Virus record (IMG/VR): IMGVR_UViG_3300029310_000016 | Direction: 5' to 3' (one strand) | DNA from: a virus | DNA length: 49,780 bases | Shown here: piece by piece, positions 23,701-32,364 of the stretch | How positions within the stretch are numbered: the stretch's first letter is position 1 | Layout: every line of letters starts with the position of its first letter | Notes under the pieces: model-generated | Database searches by the model: none | Seen by the model: the letters and a program-made list of their open reading frames with translations, nothing else | Told to the model about the DNA's origin: nothing | Translations under genes and position numbers: made by a program

Positions 23701-24623
23701 GCAAACTGAAACACCGCTTTGTTTGCGCTGTAGTTGACAGCAGTCTGCACATCGTTGATGCAGAGAAGGCGTGCTGTCATCATGTCTGCTGCTCGCACGA
23801 CCATCACATTATACTTGTAGTGCTGCGTCTCGATGCCCTCTCCGCTCATCCACATCTCCATCGTGTGAATACCTGTGCTGTCAGGCAGCTGCACACCTCG
23901 GAAGGTGTAAGCGGCTGACGTGTACCTCTCGCCTGCTGTGAATTCCTTGCTGTAGGACACCTTTCCGTCAATGAGCACATGCAGGGTCTTGACCATGTTG
24001 CCCTCAAAGTAAATGCCTGTAATCTCAACATCATTGCCCTCAATCCATGCCGTCTGCCATGGAAAACGCGATGTGAGCGCAAGTGTCGTGACGGTACAAT
24101 TATACACTACTGTCTTAGCCTGTTCTGAGCGCAAGCCTCTTATAGTCACTCTCAGACGGTTTGATCCGATTGTGACATAGCTGCCGATTACCAGCGTGTA
24201 TGTCTGACCATCCTTGATTGTTGGATCTGCAAGCGGACGGTCAACGAATTGCCCGTTGCCTGTATCTACTGCAAGGCTTATCTCGTAATCCTCCACGAAT
24301 GGCTCGCCCTGGCTCTGGCCAAGCTCATACACCATGGTTGTTGGACTGAATTTGATAGCCTTCGTCAAGTCTCCAGCGAGCATGTAAAATGCAGTCGAAG
24401 TGTCTGCGTTGTGCTTTATGCTGTAAGACGTGCCTGACAACGCCACACTGTCCAGCAATGTTGTGTGCTCTGCATCATCGTACAGCTTCAGCACGCCTTC
24501 TTCATAAGCTATGCCTCCGTACTTGTATGCTATTTGAGGTATAAACGTCTTGTTCTCCTTCACAAGCGAGATGGCTGTGTCTATATCCTCTCCTGTGTGA
24601 ATTGATTCATATCTCTTTGCCAT
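17799..24623 (-). CDS. Giant tail fibre / receptor-binding protein (2274 aa) with LamG-like, CotH-like and BspA-type LRR regions
   Basis: Uninterrupted 6.8-kb ORF after the distal tail genes. LamG/ConA-like segment VALVFTTNYSGNGRNLCQCYVNGV...LYMYRTYTRAL. CotH-like IGATDNDAKNSYW...WGFNQDDLDTILDRDNNG. C-terminal 26-residue-type LRRs (FxxCxxLxxVDL..DTSN). Confidence 0.8.
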   Translation of the reverse strand: MAKRYESIHTGEDIDTAISLVKENKTFIPQIAYKYGGIAYEEGVLKLYDDAEHTTLLDSVALSGTSYSIKHNADTSTAFYMLAGDLTKAIKFSPTTMVYELGQSQGEPFVEDYEISLAVDTGNGQFVDRPLADPTIKDGQTYTLVIGSYVTIGSNRLRVTIRGLRSEQAKTVVYNCTVTTLALTSRFPWQTAWIEGNDVEITGIYFEGNMVKTLHVLIDGKVSYSKEFTAGERYTSAAYTFRGVQLPDSTGIHTMEMWMSGEGIETQHYKYNVMVVRAADMMTARLLCINDVQTAVNYSANKAVFQFALYGTDTATFNVTAKDSQKDYSVKVDDVIMGVQTQTVTKYPLSLEIESEETEGMQLIITGAADGGETVTVTTKVDNSNAYIATRGYDFYFKAANNSNKGANREQLINEANGKMYAIESVDMMWNEKDGYCTDEDGHSCFRVLANSSAKVPITPLRETAARSRTVEFLYKVSTIADYGKPIFTIMNTDEYSESSSVGLVLFPTRLVCLTAAQRSQDYQQVNLTENSINHVALVFTTNYSGNGRNLCQCYVNGVSNFVFEYTGGFGDGEIVMGQDASDFSLYMYRTYTRALESNEVKDNFLNAMIETSERNRAEIREANDIMDGQTLTYSMAKARGYNCLVYETDQHLPDLENNTKGISGINLRIEYAEHPEWNVKIENIPCDGQGTTSKKYYRWNLRNKIKSATFYYGWDEDSQTYSKKEEGKDGYIDGYERSPKVSKLTAKKNIASSMQGHKIGACGLYNDLWHRIIGWKDVLPSASCRVATKQYPFLGFQKYSDNRYEFIGLYTAGADKGNKKTFGYNETTSFPNLMMIEGPNHAPLATRFLCAWDDVVYDGDNETLTFGGEEGWDADIASGYDTAEDVNEVRALFESEFRPAYEFVFFTSPYLVTTSEIGKSIDEINADVAAFRSGHSMLNADTWSYDVSHKLVSVVDEHGVLYAYSNATKNFKKVEGHNVFDYLGLSAGAAGNKLRSARSLKFLSEVDEHISISEARFHWCYRMLIGATDNDAKNSYWRKFKAVADGGKWGFNQDDLDTILDRDNNGQGTKKYNVEPSDYLATGDEVFQGSSSAFWRHFELTDADGLRTMMRTIISEMVSMATEQGLSGNTRERVYKIMGQYFWANSSLYFPMAAYNEDTKWAYVDVWAKKPTAVYNNVPPLTQAGGDQLEGEKLWLMRRIDYIMSKYHIGAFNGSDADGLGTIEFTPASPFTFNVKPAIEIYPTISIGGAESTQGKRTKADEVCQLVAESDGATTCYLKNVDLLSELGDLSGLKLASRGGGTDISFDVRSKRLRSVKVGDANTADVSANGFNAATLAVAGDAVEVVDASNVSSLSGNIDLQQCPRLRETYFRGTNISRLMLPVGSKLEKLSLPSSVTTLFLHSLNKLKEEGAQIAGYGNIDTLYINRCRGINPMDILKKVLAIAGNKLQFLSLSWDMNIQGDTTDLSALAKIAANLYVNSEEGKGYANVTYNEDVGTLMPDYSLPAIQGSITADAAYKDDVDRLRSTFPALVLNILNYYVRFKDDEVRKVLGKNVKGDENANLTLDELAAVKDVKEWFRNNKSVKYFDEFALTSVSKVDSVTFQNCTLLHLSTPECLTVFPMGFIGNQYSSTRITRLNSSVEGMINTGAVKIIAEGYSLGTSLGTLGKVIFAPHVEEAGEACVSQNALCRAVFFPNVRKIGSPHIGAYGRHLVYGNKELRILDIGVHELTDSRALCCHSNLIMRSFVVPKAENLNSENINQGAVIYVPSGFMDDYKKAENWSVNAGRIYAIGGSHWQSYMRQLAKEEGKTFDDYSLRYIDYDIYGVDYATDELNALSLSIPNEYLGKDGETFVFDTAPLAIGYDPEPTRKEYFTLSKSGSDGVSVADTETRFIKMLTMNAANAGSLHDVTFTAVSAQVEGVKAVRTFKCAYPLISAVNLSLGNQFVSAALESNTDNARYTQVEYSADGGIGVSDNGWVYANAHGEAASGTVTVRSKTTPSSVSSIEVAVSADAVQRQRFADAEVERVILSKKVGNKGNVVGEDDFRELTDITDWFKGNTAIKSFNELCNIKSVKILRAFVDCSSLESVCFDGMTIVGVMDEAFLRCKALKSVDFSKAKISKPGTNSMYRMFYDCYALERVNFRGMEATTIDNLAETFKWCVGLKYVDLGDLDTSNFGPTYAMNDIFKECRKIESLKLGAPFFNFYKRVNAFNSVFKDLDSWVNDDEIADVLSCLPDLTSLNLSRTLYFSANTFAHITQTQIEEALAKGWTITK

Positions 24624-24629
24624 GTGTCT

Positions 24630-24878
24630 TCATTTGATTTGCACATTAAAAATCCGTCCGTTAAACTCAATTAGATACTGTCCAGAAGAAAGGAGGAAGT
24701 TGCCCCCTCCTGTTCCTGCCCCTCCCACAGGACATACGAGGCCAAGCTTGGCTGTCAGCACGCTCGCCCTCGTCTTGGCTGTCAGCACGCTCGCCCTCGT
24801 CTTGGCTGTCAGCACGCTCGCCCTCGCAAGCGACATGCTTGATGTCCTCGAAGTAATAGATGCGCTTAAACATATCAT
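24630..24878 (-). CDS. Small repeat-containing ORF; the reading frame is ambiguous (alternative 24667..24873)
   Basis: ATGA overlap with the upstream stop, and the ORF ends 6 nt before the fibre ATG. It contains three 27-nt repeats. The other minus frame (MFKRIYYFEDIKHV...) is also open. Confidence 0.35.
   Translation of the reverse strand: MICLSASITSRTSSMSLARASVLTAKTRASVLTAKTRASVLTAKLGLVCPVGGAGTGGGNFLLSSGQYLIEFNGRIFNVQIK
24747..24826. repeat. 27-bp tandem repeat x3
   Basis: cttggctgtcagcacgctcgccctcgt repeated: two exact copies plus a third matching 26/27. Confidence 0.95.
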
Positions 24879-25237
24879 ACTGTTATAGGTGTGTAAAGAA
24901 TTATTCCTGTATCCACTGCGATTTTCTCATGTATCTCCTTGTTGCCCGATGCCTCGTCCATATATGTGACTTCTATCTTTGCGTACAGCTTACCTGTTGA
25001 CAGATTTGTCGTGTCTGCGATGCAAAGCAGACTCTCCTGATCGTCAGGATCTGGCTGAATCATCTGCTTCTTGTCAATCGGTTCGCCCTCAGCCAGGCCT
25101 GTATTGCCGTAATCAGTCCTCTTTACGGTAAAAAACGTCACTGTCAAGCTCACCGATGAATCCGTGAGCGACTTTCCGCCAAGTCCATCAATGCTCACAT
25201 TGAACGGAATGCGGCTTCCAACCAATACTTTTTGCAT
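24875..25237 (-). CDS. Hypothetical tail/baseplate accessory protein
   Basis: 120-aa beta-rich ORF between the tail hub protein and the fibre. Confidence 0.5.
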   Translation of the reverse strand: MQKVLVGSRIPFNVSIDGLGGKSLTDSSVSLTVTFFTVKRTDYGNTGLAEGEPIDKKQMIQPDPDDQESLLCIADTTNLSTGKLYAKIEVTYMDEASGNKEIHEKIAVDTGIILYTPITV

Positions 25238-25243
25238 TATCTC

Positions 25244-27445
25244 TTACTTGTTAAGTTTCACCTTTCTTTCAATATAATCTATCTTGCGATATGGCACACT
25301 GTTGCCTACCGTTATCTCCAGTCCAGCCTGTGGCAAGTCCAGATATTTCTTCACACCGATAACTCGTGATGAAAGCTGCACACCACCAAAATTGATAGTC
25401 GCTGGCGTTCCAAGTTCTGCGGCAAGCAAATCACTTGTCACCTTCGTTGGCTTCATTGTGCATGCATAAGTAGCTGTGTCCATGTTAAGCAGGGCAAGAT
25501 GAGCCTCTGCTGCTTTCTTAAGCTTTGCCTGCGCTGCTTCGTACAAGCCTCCTGATGTGTACAGGCTTTCATCGAGTCCATAAAGCGCATACTGGTCTCC
25601 CTTTGATGGCAGAAGGCTCTTGTTCGGAATCAGTGTGCCGTATTCCTCATTCGGAATGATGGCGAAAACCGTGCCTCCGCTGTCGGTGTTTTGGATGCTC
25701 AGCTCGAAGTCCATGCCCATTAACACGCCGCTCTTAAAAACGACATGCGCCTTCTCGTCCACATAATCCTCTGTAGTGAGGTTCGCTATCTCGCTGCAAG
25801 TGAATGTGTAATAACACAAGGTTCGTCCTGTCAGCACCCCATTGATATCCTTTTCTGGCACGCCCATGAATCCGCACACGTCCGTTATCTCTCCTTCGCT
25901 GCAGGGATAGATGTCTTCGAATATCTGCATCGCTTCGCAGCTGTCATCTTCGCCTACATACGGCACGCCTGGAAGCGTAAGCCTTCCTGCTGCTGTGAAT
26001 GCCGCATATGCTTGTGTGCTGCCGCTGTTAAACCATGAAATCGGCACTCTTGAATACAGCAAACCTTCTGGCCGTCCTGTGCCTTTAGACCCGAAGACAT
26101 TAGCTCTCTCGTCTGTGTCTGGGTAAAGGCCGGGATTCCACCAACCAAACGCATTGCCACAATAAACATTGTAACATGTGCTTATAATCTCATATCGGAA
26201 GTCGCTTTGTTTAAAGGCAACATTCATCTCAGCACTGTCCAGCTCTCTCTTAACAGTCACACGCAGAGCGAGCCTCATGCGCGCCCCAGGCTTGTGGTCA
26301 AAATGCAAAGCTTCAGGAAGATTGAAATCTATGCTGCACTTTCCGCTGCCTGTATGTCCTACATCTACCCCTTCGTAGGTTGCAGAATCCACCTCACACA
26401 AGACTTTTGCATTTAGTCGATTTGAGTCTTCAACCACAACGAGTGACACGGTAACAGTTTTGTAGTCTTTCGCAGCATCTCCGTTACTATCCATATAGTC
26501 AGATATATCCGCTCTTGCCGATTTGTTAGAAAACGTGATCTTTGCTGAGGTGCTCTTGTCATTTACTATCACGCTTCTCAATATGAGCTCCAAAGAGAAA
26601 AACGCATCGTTTGAACCTGTCACCTTGTGATTTTTCAACAATTCATCCATCCTTGCTGGTTCAGACAATACAAGATACGATTTAACGCTCTCCTTGAACA
26701 TTGAACCGCACACGACTCGCAGCGGATCATAATATCCATTAGTTTCATTGCCATCGATATTTATGGTTTTGCTCTCAGAGGCGTTGACATCCAAATTTGC
26801 ACCACTTCGTGCACTGATGTTCTTCGTGCCTCCATAGGCGTACAGTCTTGTAGTCTTGCGTTGTGAGCCTCCGCTGCTGGTGATGCTCAGTATGTTTGAT
26901 TCATCAAGGGTAATTCCTCCGTCTCTGTCACCCCCTTCTCCTAACTTGCCGACATTGACAGTGCTGCCATCAAACCACCATTCGTAATAGCCATTTTTGT
27001 CCATGGCATTGCACAGCTGATTGAGAGCGTCAATGCAATTCACGCCTTCAAAATGAATGTTCACCATAGGCAGGCCGCTCGGACACGCCCCTGTTGTCCA
27101 TCCTGCGCTACTGGCTATCAGTCCGAGCACACTTGCAGGACTGTCTGTGATGTCAAAAATAACGCCATAGTCTTTAAACTTTACAAGTTTGTTCTTCCCT
27201 TGCATGTATGATGCATTGAAAACGCAGTCGTAATCATATGCACCTGTATTGGCATTGTATGACGGTACGTAATCTTGCAGGAGGACGCCCGAATACCCTT
27301 CTGCTGACGCTTCCGTTCCTGCAGGAAGAGCCATCAGCTCGCTGTGGCTGAATTGAAGGTGAAGCGCATCCTCTTTCATCAGCTCCGCCTGATAATAGCT
27401 GCCCTTGCTGATAGTTATTTTATTCCCTCCGATGATTGCTTCCAT
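25244..27445 (-). CDS. Tail-associated hub protein (Tal-like minor structural protein)
   Basis: 733 aa. It is the second gene after the tape measure, the usual Dit-Tal position. Confidence 0.6.
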   Translation of the reverse strand: MEAIIGGNKITISKGSYYQAELMKEDALHLQFSHSELMALPAGTEASAEGYSGVLLQDYVPSYNANTGAYDYDCVFNASYMQGKNKLVKFKDYGVIFDITDSPASVLGLIASSAGWTTGACPSGLPMVNIHFEGVNCIDALNQLCNAMDKNGYYEWWFDGSTVNVGKLGEGGDRDGGITLDESNILSITSSGGSQRKTTRLYAYGGTKNISARSGANLDVNASESKTINIDGNETNGYYDPLRVVCGSMFKESVKSYLVLSEPARMDELLKNHKVTGSNDAFFSLELILRSVIVNDKSTSAKITFSNKSARADISDYMDSNGDAAKDYKTVTVSLVVVEDSNRLNAKVLCEVDSATYEGVDVGHTGSGKCSIDFNLPEALHFDHKPGARMRLALRVTVKRELDSAEMNVAFKQSDFRYEIISTCYNVYCGNAFGWWNPGLYPDTDERANVFGSKGTGRPEGLLYSRVPISWFNSGSTQAYAAFTAAGRLTLPGVPYVGEDDSCEAMQIFEDIYPCSEGEITDVCGFMGVPEKDINGVLTGRTLCYYTFTCSEIANLTTEDYVDEKAHVVFKSGVLMGMDFELSIQNTDSGGTVFAIIPNEEYGTLIPNKSLLPSKGDQYALYGLDESLYTSGGLYEAAQAKLKKAAEAHLALLNMDTATYACTMKPTKVTSDLLAAELGTPATINFGGVQLSSRVIGVKKYLDLPQAGLEITVGNSVPYRKIDYIERKVKLNK

Positions 27446-27849
27446 TATTTCGCTAATTTAATGAGATTGGCTGTAAACAGCAAAAAACCTTGTCCGTATG
27501 ATGTCGTGCCGCTAATGCTGCGGTATAGAAAAGACGCACTTGTGGCATTACTACCGCCTGTGTTGATTGCAATTTCCACAGGTTTGCCTTCATGGAATAT
27601 GCTGACCAGACCTTCCATTGCGGCTATCGAATTTGCGGCCAAGACTGCGAATTGCACAGCTACGGCCGTATCGTCCGTATGAATAGCGTCCAGCAGATAG
27701 TCTTTGCCATCCTCGCCTCTGCTCTCGTTGTACACATACTCCTTCATTGAGAGCGGCTGCGCAATAGCCATTGCGCCAGCTGGCGTGACGAACAATCCTT
27801 CTATCTTCGCTCCGTTGATATTCACGTCACATATAGTTATTGTCTGCAT
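27445..27849 (-). CDS. Distal tail protein-like
   Basis: 134-aa ORF immediately downstream of the tape measure; called by position only. Confidence 0.4.
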   Translation of the reverse strand: MQTITICDVNINGAKIEGLFVTPAGAMAIAQPLSMKEYVYNESRGEDGKDYLLDAIHTDDTAVAVQFAVLAANSIAAMEGLVSIFHEGKPVEIAINTGGSNATSASFLYRSISGTTSYGQGFLLFTANLIKLAK

Positions 27850-27851
27850 AT

Positions 27852-30800
27852 CTATAATTTTGCGTTAATGGTTGATATAAGTTCTCCGATTCGCCCATAC
27901 ACATTGTTGAAACCCCTATATGTCTCATTGTATATGTTAGCCAAATAGCTGTTGCTTGCCATGATGCTGATATTGATGTCCGCAAGCAAGCCGTTGGAAG
28001 CGTTGACTGCTGAACCCACCGCAGTTATGGCGTTGATGCCTTGCATCATGTTGGCTGCAATCTCTGCGTTGCTCATCTGTATAGCGGCCAAACGCCCTGC
28101 TATGTAGCTGCCAGTCTCTTCGCTCATGCTTGCCACGCTCTTTGTTGATGCCGTCAATTCCTGCCTGTTTACGCCTGTGAGCTTCTGCAGCGTCTCAGCA
28201 TCCTTCTGCGCCTCCTGCGCTATCTGCTGGTACTTTGCTTGCGCATTCTTTATCTGTGCGTCCGTAAGCTGTCCGTCCTGTGCCTGCATCGCCTTGAAGA
28301 CATCGTCATACCACGCTTCCACTTCCTTGCGATATGCATCACCCATCTTGTTATTCAGCATCGCCTTGTACATCATCTGCGAGAAATTGTCCGCAAAATC
28401 CTTTGATGTGTTGTCCATGCTGCTAACAAGGCTCACGAATTCATCGTACACGCTATCAAATGTGATGCCCATCAGAGACTGTTGCAGCTGCTTCTGATAA
28501 TCCTCCAGCTTCCCTGCTTGCTCGATGTATTGATCAACATACTGCATAACCCTCCACGAGTATTCATCGCTGTTCAGCGTCCTCATAATGTCTGGCAGAC
28601 TCCGTATCTTTTTCCATGCTTCAGGGCTTATCTCGAAGAGTCCACCTGTGCTGCCTATGCTCTCGCCTGTGTCCGCTATAGCCTTGTTGACCTCTTTTAT
28701 CTGCTGTTCTGTGAGCTTCACGTCCTTCGCCCACGAGTGATGAGCGTTATGGTACTGGCTCTCTGCTCTGGCTTGTTCGAGAAGGTTCTTGTTGAATTCC
28801 TTCTGACTTGAGATAAGCTGCTTGTATGTGTCTATAGACATTTTAGCTCCCTTAGTGCTGCCCATCTGGTCTGTCAATTCCTCTATGCTTGTACGCAGAT
28901 ACTTATTGCTCTCTTCCAACCTTGACACCGTCTTCGCCACCTCGCTTGCGTTGCCGCTTGTCCAAGAACTGAGACCTCCAAACGTAATATTGTCGATTGC
29001 GCCCTGCAGTCCTTCTTTGATGCTCAGCAGCGGCTTAGTGACAATGTCTCCCGATAGCGCATCTTTGAGCACGCCATTAACAGCATCAAATACCATGTCT
29101 ATAAGCTCCGACACGAAATTGCCTATGCCGCCCTTAAGTATGTCAAGGATCTCAAGCGCAGCTGTCACGATTGAACCTGTTGCACCTCCAAAGATTGATT
29201 CAACCGTCTTCGCAATCTTGCCGCCAAGAGTTGCCGCCAACTTCTTCAAACCCTCCAGCGTACCCGACAGGCTTGTTCCCATCTGGCCGAGACCGTTCGA
29301 CAATCCGTTCATGGCCTTTACAGCCTTGTTCGTCTCGTCATTCAGCTCTGTCTGTGTCTGCGTGAGCGTCTTCTGCGCGTCCTGCACCCTCTGACTGCTT
29401 TGAGTTGCCGACTCTTGTGCTGCATCCAGGCTCAGCTTCTTTTGTTCCTTCTTCGCATCGTCAGTCTCGCTGTCATACGCCTTCTGCGCCTTTGCGAGGT
29501 TGGCGTATGCTTCTTTCTCATCTTCCTGTGCGTTTATAAGTTCTTGCACAGACAACTGATAAGCCTGTGTGAGCTTTCCTATCTTCTTCAAGTCTACCTC
29601 TTGCAGGTTTGCGCCTACTTTGTCTTGCAGCTCTGAACGAGCACTGAGGATGGTCTGTTGGTCTGTTGCGTCAAGCTTCTTGAATTCTTCTGAACCTATA
29701 TAGGCATTCAGCTCATCGAGCGACCTCTTGAGCTGCTCTTTGATCATCCCATCGAATCCTCCGAAAATAGCACCCCAGTCAACATTGGCTCTTGCTGCTG
29801 TGGCATTAACCCCTGCTATCCTTCCGTCTCGTTCTTTCTCAAGGGACAGCCGCTCGCCTTCCGTCTGTGCCTTAGCAATCTTGTCAGCATACTCTTCTGC
29901 AATAGCGAGCTTCTGCTGCTGGAACGTTCCGTACTGACTGAGATAGTCTCTCAGAGTCTGAGCTTCCAAAACTCCCTGCTCCGCAAGCTGCTTCTCGTAG
30001 CTCGCCTTTGCTGCTTCCTCTTTGGCTTCAAAATACGCCCTGTCATTATCCGTAAGCGCACCCGAACCGCCAGCCTTGCCCCTCTTCTCCTGCAGATCTT
30101 CCTGTTCACGCTTTATAGCTTCCCTCTCTTTTGCGTAATTCAGCTCAATCTGCCTGACCGTCTTCTCTTGACCGTCCTGCATGATGCTTATGCGCGCTTG
30201 CTGCCGCTCCAGCTCCATATCTCGCTCTTGTCGTGCAAGCTCCTTTCCTGCTTTCTCTGCTGCATCTGCAGAATTCTTGCTGCCACCCTTCTTCTCTGTC
30301 TTGTAAGACGCAAGCTTCTCGTCATACCGCTCTATCTCCTTCTTGATTGCTGCGCCTTTCTTTCCTGCCGCCTCGATGCTTGTAAGCTTGCTCAGTCTGT
30401 CTTCTGCATCCTTCTTCTTCTCCCACCATTGCTTGCTCCCATCCGTCTGCTCTTTCTTGTTGCGTTCAGCCAACACGCCCTCAAAAATGCCCACCTGGCC
30501 TTCAAGCTCCTTTTTGGAGTATTCTCCTGATGCTCCGCCTCCCGAAACAAATCCCCTCGACTTGCCACTGACCTTCATCTTGGCCAGCAAGTCCTTGCGT
30601 GCCTTTATCTCTTGCCGCAGCCGTTCGTTAGAGACGCCTGTAAGGTCGGCCATATAAGCATTAGCATTGTCTTTGGAAATCTCCGAGCCGAGCGACAGGC
30701 TCTTCTTTTTCAGCATCCTCAATTCAGCCTCCTGCTTTTCCGTTCGTCCTCCAACCTGAGTGCCTTGGACGTATCGAGCCGACCCTCTCTGTTCGAGTTC

Positions 30801-32174
30801 CTTGATTCGCTTGTCCACATCCTTCTTCTCGTTAGCCTTGTTCTGCACAGATGCTTTTCCGTCCGCTACGTTGATGGCATTCTTAATATCCAGAATATGC
30901 TCCAGCTTCTCAGCTTCCGTATCGTAGGCCGCAAATATAGAAGGATACTGCTGTTCAAGCTTCACAAGCGCAAGCCGCCTTGTCTCTGTAGCAAGACTCT
31001 CATCTCCTGCTACAGACAAAAGCTGCTCTATCTTGGCCTTGTGTTCTTCTTCAAGCCTTATAGCTTCCTCCTTCCTCCTGTTGTATTCGTCTTCTGCTGC
31101 AGCAACTTGCTCTGTCATCGTTTTTTGACTCAGCAAGGCTGTCACAAGCAATCCTACAGCTGCTGCCGCTGCCACGTAAGGATTAGCCAACATCGTTGCG
31201 TTGAGAAGCTTCTGCGCAGCGTTCATGGCGTTTATGGCAGTGCGTGCTGTGAGTGTTGCGATGCTGTGTCCTTGCTCTGCTGCTGTTGCCAGCATTACAG
31301 CAGTCCTATACGCTCCATAAGTGGTTACAAGTCCTGCCAGAATGCGGCCGACTTGCTCGTAGTTCTTGACAAGTTCTGTTGCGACACCTACAGATGATGC
31401 GATGATGCCCTCTGTTGCCTCTCCGAGACTATTGTACGCATCATCAATAGCACCTTTCAGAGTGTTCAGCTGCCCTGCCAAACCTTTGCCCTGCTTCTCC
31501 AGCATGCCGTAGAATTGTCCACCCTCGCTTGTTGCGCTCTGAAAGGCTTCTGTCACCATTTCTGCGCTGATAGCTCCTGCGCTCATCTCGTCCTTCAGGT
31601 CGCTGATGGATTTGCCTGTCTTCTTGCTTATTTCCATAAGCGGATTGAAGCCTGCATTTATCATCTGCAGCAAATCTTGACCCATGAGCTTGCCTGTTGC
31701 GCTCATCTGGGAGAATGCAAGCGTCAGAGACTGAAAACGCTGTGCATCACCCATGCTTATATCTCCGATGGATTTAAGCAGCGGCACGACCTTCTGCGCC
31801 TCTATGTTAAAACCGAGCATCGTCTGCGCACCTCCTGCCAGGCTGTTCAGCATGAGCGGAGTCTTGACAGCGAAATCTTTCAGCTCGTTAAACATGGCCG
31901 TTCCTGCCGTATCGCTGCCGAGCAGGGTTGAAAGGCTAATTTGGTAGCCTTGCATTTCCTTGCGAACATTAACTATCTCATTCGCAAACTCTCTCAGTTT
32001 GTCTACAGCGAAGTAAGCACCAATGGCCGAACCCACCTTCTGGAAGGATGCGTCCATCTTTGAGCCTTCTGCCTGTGCCGTGCTGCCGACCTCTCTCATG
32101 CGGCTCACGACATTATCTATTGCCCTCAAGAACTGCTCGTCCGAGAGCGTTATCTCATATTTGGATTCTGCCAT
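27852..32174 (-). CDS. Tail tape measure protein
   Basis: 1440 aa, highly alpha-helical and Ala/Gln/Lys-rich. TP901-type core MLGFNIEAQKVVPLLKSIGDISMGDAQRFQSLTLAFSQMSATGKLMGQDLLQMINAGFNP. Confidence 0.9.
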   Translation of the reverse strand: MAESKYEITLSDEQFLRAIDNVVSRMREVGSTAQAEGSKMDASFQKVGSAIGAYFAVDKLREFANEIVNVRKEMQGYQISLSTLLGSDTAGTAMFNELKDFAVKTPLMLNSLAGGAQTMLGFNIEAQKVVPLLKSIGDISMGDAQRFQSLTLAFSQMSATGKLMGQDLLQMINAGFNPLMEISKKTGKSISDLKDEMSAGAISAEMVTEAFQSATSEGGQFYGMLEKQGKGLAGQLNTLKGAIDDAYNSLGEATEGIIASSVGVATELVKNYEQVGRILAGLVTTYGAYRTAVMLATAAEQGHSIATLTARTAINAMNAAQKLLNATMLANPYVAAAAAVGLLVTALLSQKTMTEQVAAAEDEYNRRKEEAIRLEEEHKAKIEQLLSVAGDESLATETRRLALVKLEQQYPSIFAAYDTEAEKLEHILDIKNAINVADGKASVQNKANEKKDVDKRIKELEQRGSARYVQGTQVGGRTEKQEAELRMLKKKSLSLGSEISKDNANAYMADLTGVSNERLRQEIKARKDLLAKMKVSGKSRGFVSGGGASGEYSKKELEGQVGIFEGVLAERNKKEQTDGSKQWWEKKKDAEDRLSKLTSIEAAGKKGAAIKKEIERYDEKLASYKTEKKGGSKNSADAAEKAGKELARQERDMELERQQARISIMQDGQEKTVRQIELNYAKEREAIKREQEDLQEKRGKAGGSGALTDNDRAYFEAKEEAAKASYEKQLAEQGVLEAQTLRDYLSQYGTFQQQKLAIAEEYADKIAKAQTEGERLSLEKERDGRIAGVNATAARANVDWGAIFGGFDGMIKEQLKRSLDELNAYIGSEEFKKLDATDQQTILSARSELQDKVGANLQEVDLKKIGKLTQAYQLSVQELINAQEDEKEAYANLAKAQKAYDSETDDAKKEQKKLSLDAAQESATQSSQRVQDAQKTLTQTQTELNDETNKAVKAMNGLSNGLGQMGTSLSGTLEGLKKLAATLGGKIAKTVESIFGGATGSIVTAALEILDILKGGIGNFVSELIDMVFDAVNGVLKDALSGDIVTKPLLSIKEGLQGAIDNITFGGLSSWTSGNASEVAKTVSRLEESNKYLRTSIEELTDQMGSTKGAKMSIDTYKQLISSQKEFNKNLLEQARAESQYHNAHHSWAKDVKLTEQQIKEVNKAIADTGESIGSTGGLFEISPEAWKKIRSLPDIMRTLNSDEYSWRVMQYVDQYIEQAGKLEDYQKQLQQSLMGITFDSVYDEFVSLVSSMDNTSKDFADNFSQMMYKAMLNNKMGDAYRKEVEAWYDDVFKAMQAQDGQLTDAQIKNAQAKYQQIAQEAQKDAETLQKLTGVNRQELTASTKSVASMSEETGSYIAGRLAAIQMSNAEIAANMMQGINAITAVGSAVNASNGLLADINISIMASNSYLANIYNETYRGFNNVYGRIGELISTINAKL

Positions 32175-32180
32175 TATGCG

Positions 32181-32363
32181 TTATTGTTTCTTTTCTTCAG
32201 TTGTCTTGACTTCCTTTAAACTTTCTGTCAGCAGAGAGAAAAACTCCCTCGCTTTCATCCTGTCACTTTCCACATTCTTCATCGTTTCGCAGACAGCATC
32301 CTGCAAGGCTTCTGACTGCGTGTGGAATGCCTTGTCTATTGTGTTCTTGATGAATTTCAACAT
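32181..32363 (-). CDS. Small hypothetical protein (tail assembly chaperone position)
   Basis: The ATG at 32361-32363 is 1 nt after the upstream stop. The track start at 32393 is a TTG. Confidence 0.4.
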   Translation of the reverse strand: MLKFIKNTIDKAFHTQSEALQDAVCETMKNVESDRMKAREFFSLLTESLKEVKTTEEKKQ

Positions 32364-32364
32364 A

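Noticed and set aside
24747-24826. Tandem 27-bp repeats as a CRISPR array
   Set aside because: The repeats are directly adjacent with no spacers, there are only three copies, and there are no cas genes.
17799-24878. Diversity-generating retroelement targeting the fibre gene
   Set aside because: No reverse transcriptase gene was noticed in the window, and I saw no obvious template/variable repeat pair (not exhaustively checked).
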